From: a bacterium
Lineage (GTDB): Bacteria; Hydrothermota; Tepidihabitantia; Tepidihabitantales; Tepidihabitantaceae
Length of the DNA: 19,420 nucleotides
Assembly (NCBI GenBank): GCA_046485285.1
Contig: JAWOHE010000094.1
Location: 1-19,420 of the forward strand
Reading direction: 5' to 3'
Position 1 is the stretch's first letter. Every line of letters begins with the position of its first letter. The notes under the pieces are model-generated. The model did no database searches and was not told the origin of the DNA. It worked only from the letters and a program-made list of their open reading frames with translations. Both the position numbers and the translations under genes were made by a program. This document shows, piece after piece, positions 15,744-19,420 of this stretch.

Positions 15744-15798
15744 GCCCGGCGGCCCGGGAAGGACAGTGTCCGGAATGGAGCCCGGGTCGGACAGCCGT

Positions 15799-15826
15799 TT
15801 GACACGCAACGTCTGCCGGGGAAACT
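15799..15826 (+). promoter_or_regulatory. Candidate promoter TTGACA-N16-GAAACT for the PDZ gene
   Basis: Perfect -35 at 15799-15804, imperfect -10, and GGAGG RBS at 15846-15850. Confidence 0.4.
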
Positions 15827-15856
15827 GGTCAGATCAGCAACCGATGGAGGTCCCGG

Positions 15857-17221
15857 ATGCGTCTTGTGTTCGCGCTGTTGCTCGCGTTGCCGGCGGCACT
15901 GCCCGCGGCCGACGGCTGCGCCGGCTGTCCCGCCGCCTGCGCCGATCCCGCCGCTGCTGCCCCGGTTGAACCCGCCCACTGCCATTCGCTCGAGGTCACC
16001 GGCACCGTGCCCGGCGGCCCGGCCGAGGCCGCCGGCCTCCGGCCCGGCGACGTGCTCCTCAGCTACGAAGGCAAGCCGGTCGGCTGTCTCGATGACCTCC
16101 ACCGCCTTCGCGAGACGGCGAACGCCGACACCGTCACGCTCGTCGTCGACCGGGCCGGCACGAAGACCGCGTTCCGCCTGCCCCGCGGCCAGCTCGGCGT
16201 CTACCTCCGGGAGTGGCAGGCCGACGTCGTGCCCGACTCCGACGCGGTCATCATCGCCGGCGTGCCGCGCCTCGAGTGGGGCGAGTACCGGAGCAACACC
16301 TTCGCCGGCGCTCTCGCCGCGTGGGTCGGCCACGCCGGCGGAACGGCCGACTACGAGTTCATCAACGGCGTGTCCGGCGCCGCGTTCCGGACCCACTTCC
16401 ACGAGGACTGGTGCCCGAGTTCGGCCGCCGCGACCTGCGGCTACGACGCGAGCGCGCCCGCCTATGCGGCCTGCGGCCTCGTGCCGGTCGCCGAGCAGGT
16501 CTCACCCGACGGCAAGAACAAGCCGGCGATCCTGGCGCAGGTCAGGGCCGCGATCGACGCCGGCTCGCCCGTCCTCGGCCTCGGCCTCGTCGCCGAGCCC
16601 GAGTACGGCCTCATCACCGGCTACCAGAAGGGCGGCGAGGAGCTGTTCTGCCACAGTTACTTTGACCGACGCCGCGGCCTCGAAGTCGCCGATGACTTCC
16701 CGGGCCTCGTCGTCCTCCTCCGGCCGGCCGCCGAAACGCCGCCCCCGGGCGAGAGCATGCGCCGTTCATTCGCAATCATCCACGAGAACCTGACGACGAG
16801 GCAGTACGGCCGCTATTACTCCGGCCTCGCCGCCCTCGACGCGTGGCTCAAGCGGCTGCGCGGCGAGGACTTCTCCGGCCGCGACAGCGCCGCGTTCGCC
16901 AACGTCGTCGCGGCGAATTACTGGATGAGCACCCGGCTGGTCGACGACCGCCGGAGCGGTATCGAGTACCTCGACCGGGTCGCGCTCGAGATGCCGGCGT
17001 TCGCGCTCGACTGCTCCACCCTCGCCGGCCTTTACCGCGAGGAGGTCGAACTGCTCGCGCCCCTGCTCGACTCGCTGCCCTGCCCGGGGACCTGCACGCG
17101 GCCGGAACTCTGGACCCGGGACCAGCGCGACCGCCAGGCGGACGCGCTCGACCGGGCCCGCGCGCTCGAGGAGCAGGCCCTACTGACCTGGCGCAGGCTC
17201 GCCCGGGTGGAGCGCGACTAG
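15857..17221 (+). CDS. Secreted PDZ-domain protein with an uncharacterised C-terminal region
   Basis: Signal peptide MRLVFALLLALPAALPA, PDZ motif VTGTVPGGPAEAAGLRPGDVLLSYEGKPV, GGAGG RBS. Confidence 0.85.
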   Translation: MRLVFALLLALPAALPAADGCAGCPAACADPAAAAPVEPAHCHSLEVTGTVPGGPAEAAGLRPGDVLLSYEGKPVGCLDDLHRLRETANADTVTLVVDRAGTKTAFRLPRGQLGVYLREWQADVVPDSDAVIIAGVPRLEWGEYRSNTFAGALAAWVGHAGGTADYEFINGVSGAAFRTHFHEDWCPSSAAATCGYDASAPAYAACGLVPVAEQVSPDGKNKPAILAQVRAAIDAGSPVLGLGLVAEPEYGLITGYQKGGEELFCHSYFDRRRGLEVADDFPGLVVLLRPAAETPPPGESMRRSFAIIHENLTTRQYGRYYSGLAALDAWLKRLRGEDFSGRDSAAFANVVAANYWMSTRLVDDRRSGIEYLDRVALEMPAFALDCSTLAGLYREEVELLAPLLDSLPCPGTCTRPELWTRDQRDRQADALDRARALEEQALLTWRRLARVERD

Positions 17222-17246
17222 CCCCGACCGCCGGCCGCGCTATACT
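17219..17246 (+). promoter_or_regulatory. Candidate promoter TAGCCC-N16-TATACT for the M6 protease gene
   Basis: Strong -10 TATACT at 17241-17246. The weak -35 overlaps the upstream stop codon. AGGAG RBS at 17262-17266. Confidence 0.5.
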
Positions 17247-17271
17247 TGGCCATAAGATGACAGGAGCATTG

Positions 17272-18882
17272 ATGCGCACTACCACTGCCGCCCTGCTTGC
17301 CCTTGCCGCGGTCGCCGTCGCCCTGCCGCCCCGGCCCGGCTTCGCCGGCCCGGAGCCGGTCTTCCCAGCCGGGGTCGAGGTCGCCGGCCCGAACCGGCTC
17401 AAGGGCTTCGGCTACTGCGAGACCGTCACGATCCTGATGCAGTTCCCGGACAATCGGGCCGACACGCTGCGGCACTCGCCGGCCCGCTTCGACTCGATGC
17501 TCTACTCCACCGGCATGTACAATCAGGGCTCGTACCGTGCCGGCAGTCTCAACGACTACTTCCTCGAGAACAGTTACGGCGAGTACGACGTCCGGGGCAG
17601 CGTCGTCGGGAACCGCTGGTACACCTCCCAGTACAACTACTCGCGCTACTACGACGGCAACTACCTGCTCTCGCGGGGTAGCCAGCTTGCCAGCGAGAAC
17701 ATCCAGCAGATTGACCCCTACGTCGACTTCCGCGATTACGACCTCGACGGTGACGGCTACATCGACGCGATGTTCATGGTCCACGCCGGGGCCGACGGCG
17801 CGGACAACGGCGACGTCAACTGCCTCTGGTCCCACGCCATCCCGGGCTTCAACTACCTGACCGACGACGGCGTCCGCATCCGTGGGGTCACCAACGTCCC
17901 CGAGTTCGCGATGGTCACCGAGAGCCGCGACACCACCCTCTGCTGTGTCGCGGTGATGTGCCACGAGCTCGGCCACCTCGTCGGCCTGCCCGACCTCTAC
18001 CAGGGCGCGCGCACCCAGTGGGGCGTCGGCTACTGGGGCCTGATGGGCTACGGCGCCTGGGGCGCGGGCGGCAACACGCCTTGGAGCCCGTCACACATGG
18101 AGGCCTGGAGCAAGGTCGAAGCCGGGTTCGTCGAGCCGATTGTGATTACCGAGAACGTCCGCGGCCTGCGCATCCCGCCGGTCCAGACCGACCCGACAAT
18201 CTACAAGGTCTGGCAGGACGGCCGTGACTCCGACACCTGCTTCTTCCTCGAGAACCGCCAGCAGATCGGGTTCGACTCGCCCCTGCCCGGGCCCGGCCTC
18301 GCCATCTGGCACTTCGACCGGGGCGCGGGCGCGTGGTACGACCGGGTTGACCTCGAGGAAGACTCGACCTTCCACCTCGACCGCGGCAACGGCGTCCGGC
18401 CCGACCCGCACGTCTACCACGAGGCGCTCGGCGACACCTCCGACGTCCTGCCCGGCAACTGGAACCGCACCGCCTTCAACGACACCACCGTCCCGAACAG
18501 CCGCCGCCGCAACGGCACCCCGACCAACGTCAACGTCTGCAACATCCGGCTCGAAGGCGACACGATTGTCTGCGACGTCTTCGTCAACACCGACACCGTC
18601 GCGGTCGCCGAGCCGCCGCGCCTGCCGCGCCCGCTCGCGCTCCGGCCCGCGCCCAACCCGTTCGCCAAACGGGTGACCGTCGGAACCCCGGCCGCGGACT
18701 GGCGGGCGGCGGTCTACGCTTCGAGCGGCAGGCTGGTCCGGGAAATCCGGGGCCGGGCCGCCGAGCCGCTGGCGTGGGACGGTACCGACCAAGCCGGCAA
18801 GAGACTCGCGGCCGGGGTCTACCTCGTCCGGCTCTTCACCGGGGGCCGCACCTCCGAGGCGCGGCTGGTGCTGCTGGACTGA
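17272..18882 (+). CDS. M6-family (immune inhibitor A-like) secreted zinc metalloprotease with FlgD/T9SS-like C-terminal domain (536 aa)
   Basis: Signal peptide, GSLNDYFLENSYG, DLDGDGYID..VHAG, WSH, HELGHLVGLPDLY, WGLMGYGAW, FLENRQ..GFD. C-terminus PNPF...WDGTDQAGKRLAAGVYLVRL. Confidence 0.92.
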   Translation: MRTTTAALLALAAVAVALPPRPGFAGPEPVFPAGVEVAGPNRLKGFGYCETVTILMQFPDNRADTLRHSPARFDSMLYSTGMYNQGSYRAGSLNDYFLENSYGEYDVRGSVVGNRWYTSQYNYSRYYDGNYLLSRGSQLASENIQQIDPYVDFRDYDLDGDGYIDAMFMVHAGADGADNGDVNCLWSHAIPGFNYLTDDGVRIRGVTNVPEFAMVTESRDTTLCCVAVMCHELGHLVGLPDLYQGARTQWGVGYWGLMGYGAWGAGGNTPWSPSHMEAWSKVEAGFVEPIVITENVRGLRIPPVQTDPTIYKVWQDGRDSDTCFFLENRQQIGFDSPLPGPGLAIWHFDRGAGAWYDRVDLEEDSTFHLDRGNGVRPDPHVYHEALGDTSDVLPGNWNRTAFNDTTVPNSRRRNGTPTNVNVCNIRLEGDTIVCDVFVNTDTVAVAEPPRLPRPLALRPAPNPFAKRVTVGTPAADWRAAVYASSGRLVREIRGRAAEPLAWDGTDQAGKRLAAGVYLVRLFTGGRTSEARLVLLD

Positions 18883-18905
18883 CGTTCGGGCTGCTGTAAC
18901 TGCCG

Positions 18906-19223
18906 CTAATCGGGCCGGGACGGTGTGCGGACCAGGGACTTCGGCACCGGCAGGCTCCAGTGTTCGATCCCGCGCAGGTAGCGCGTCCGGCCGAGCAGGC
19001 CGGCGAGATTGCCGGGCATCGCGACCTCGGCTTCGAGCGCGACCCGGGTCTTGACCCGGGTTCTCCCTCGCGCGACCCGGAGCACCGCCATCAGCTCGAA
19101 GCGCGCGGTGCGAAATGACTCGGGGCCGGTCGTGAACATCCACTCGGCCCGGTTCGAACCGGAACCGGCGCCAACCGGGACAAGCTTGCGGAAGGCCATT
19201 CTCATCGGGCCGAGCAGCATCAT
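18906..19223 (-). CDS. Hypothetical protein (start uncertain; frame is open to 19328)
   Basis: GC3-rich codons from about 19223 to the TAG at 18906. The upstream part of the ORF is AT-rich and contains a palindrome, so it looks regulatory. Confidence 0.5.
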   Translation of the reverse strand: MMLLGPMRMAFRKLVPVGAGSGSNRAEWMFTTGPESFRTARFELMAVLRVARGRTRVKTRVALEAEVAMPGNLAGLLGRTRYLRGIEHWSLPVPKSLVRTPSRPD

Positions 19224-19420
19224 CTTCCGCGGGAAGTGTGCATTAATTCTGTTGAAGCCGAGTCTTGTATCTTCATGAATATCAGCGGGTTGGGGCGGTT
19301 TTTGCGTACAATTCGCGTGTATGGCCATTTTACACGCGAGATCTTCATGTTGTCGCGCTGCTGTTTACCGTTTTGGCGAGCGCAGAAGACGGTGCACTAA
19401 GTGCGGACGGACCTGGTCGG

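Noticed and set aside
17219-17272. Stop-codon readthrough fusing the PDZ and M6 genes (also checked the TAG at 667)
   Set aside because: The PDZ and M6 genes are out of frame and M6 has its own RBS and signal peptide. Sequence past the 667 stop does not look coding.

Overview
GC-rich bacterial DNA, probably from an FCB-associated lineage such as candidate division WOR-3. That placement is inference from gene style and from secreted proteins with FlgD/T9SS-like C-terminal domains. The left two-thirds is a minus-strand gene run: purE-purC-queA-murF, a pyruvate/oxaloacetate carboxyltransferase fused to a full AccB-type biotin carrier, a prpE-like acyl-CoA ligase, and a secreted GxDxY-repeat/HEAT-repeat protein. 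A divergent tRNA-Gln(CTG) follows, then an accessory region: a YVTN beta-propeller protein, a small lipoprotein, an FmdB zinc-ribbon protein, a ~750 bp decayed intergenic region with a 12-bp periodic array, a PDZ-domain secreted protein, an M6 metalloprotease and a hypothetical gene. Main observations: (1) the carboxyltransferase-AccB fusion next to prpE, with a near-consensus sigma70 promoter hidden inside murF; (2) recurrent 16-bp promoter spacers; (3) a probably leaderless purE; (4) a degenerate copy of the tRNA 3' end 4 kb downstream; (5) an apparent junction near position 335. No CRISPR array, integrase or transposase was seen.
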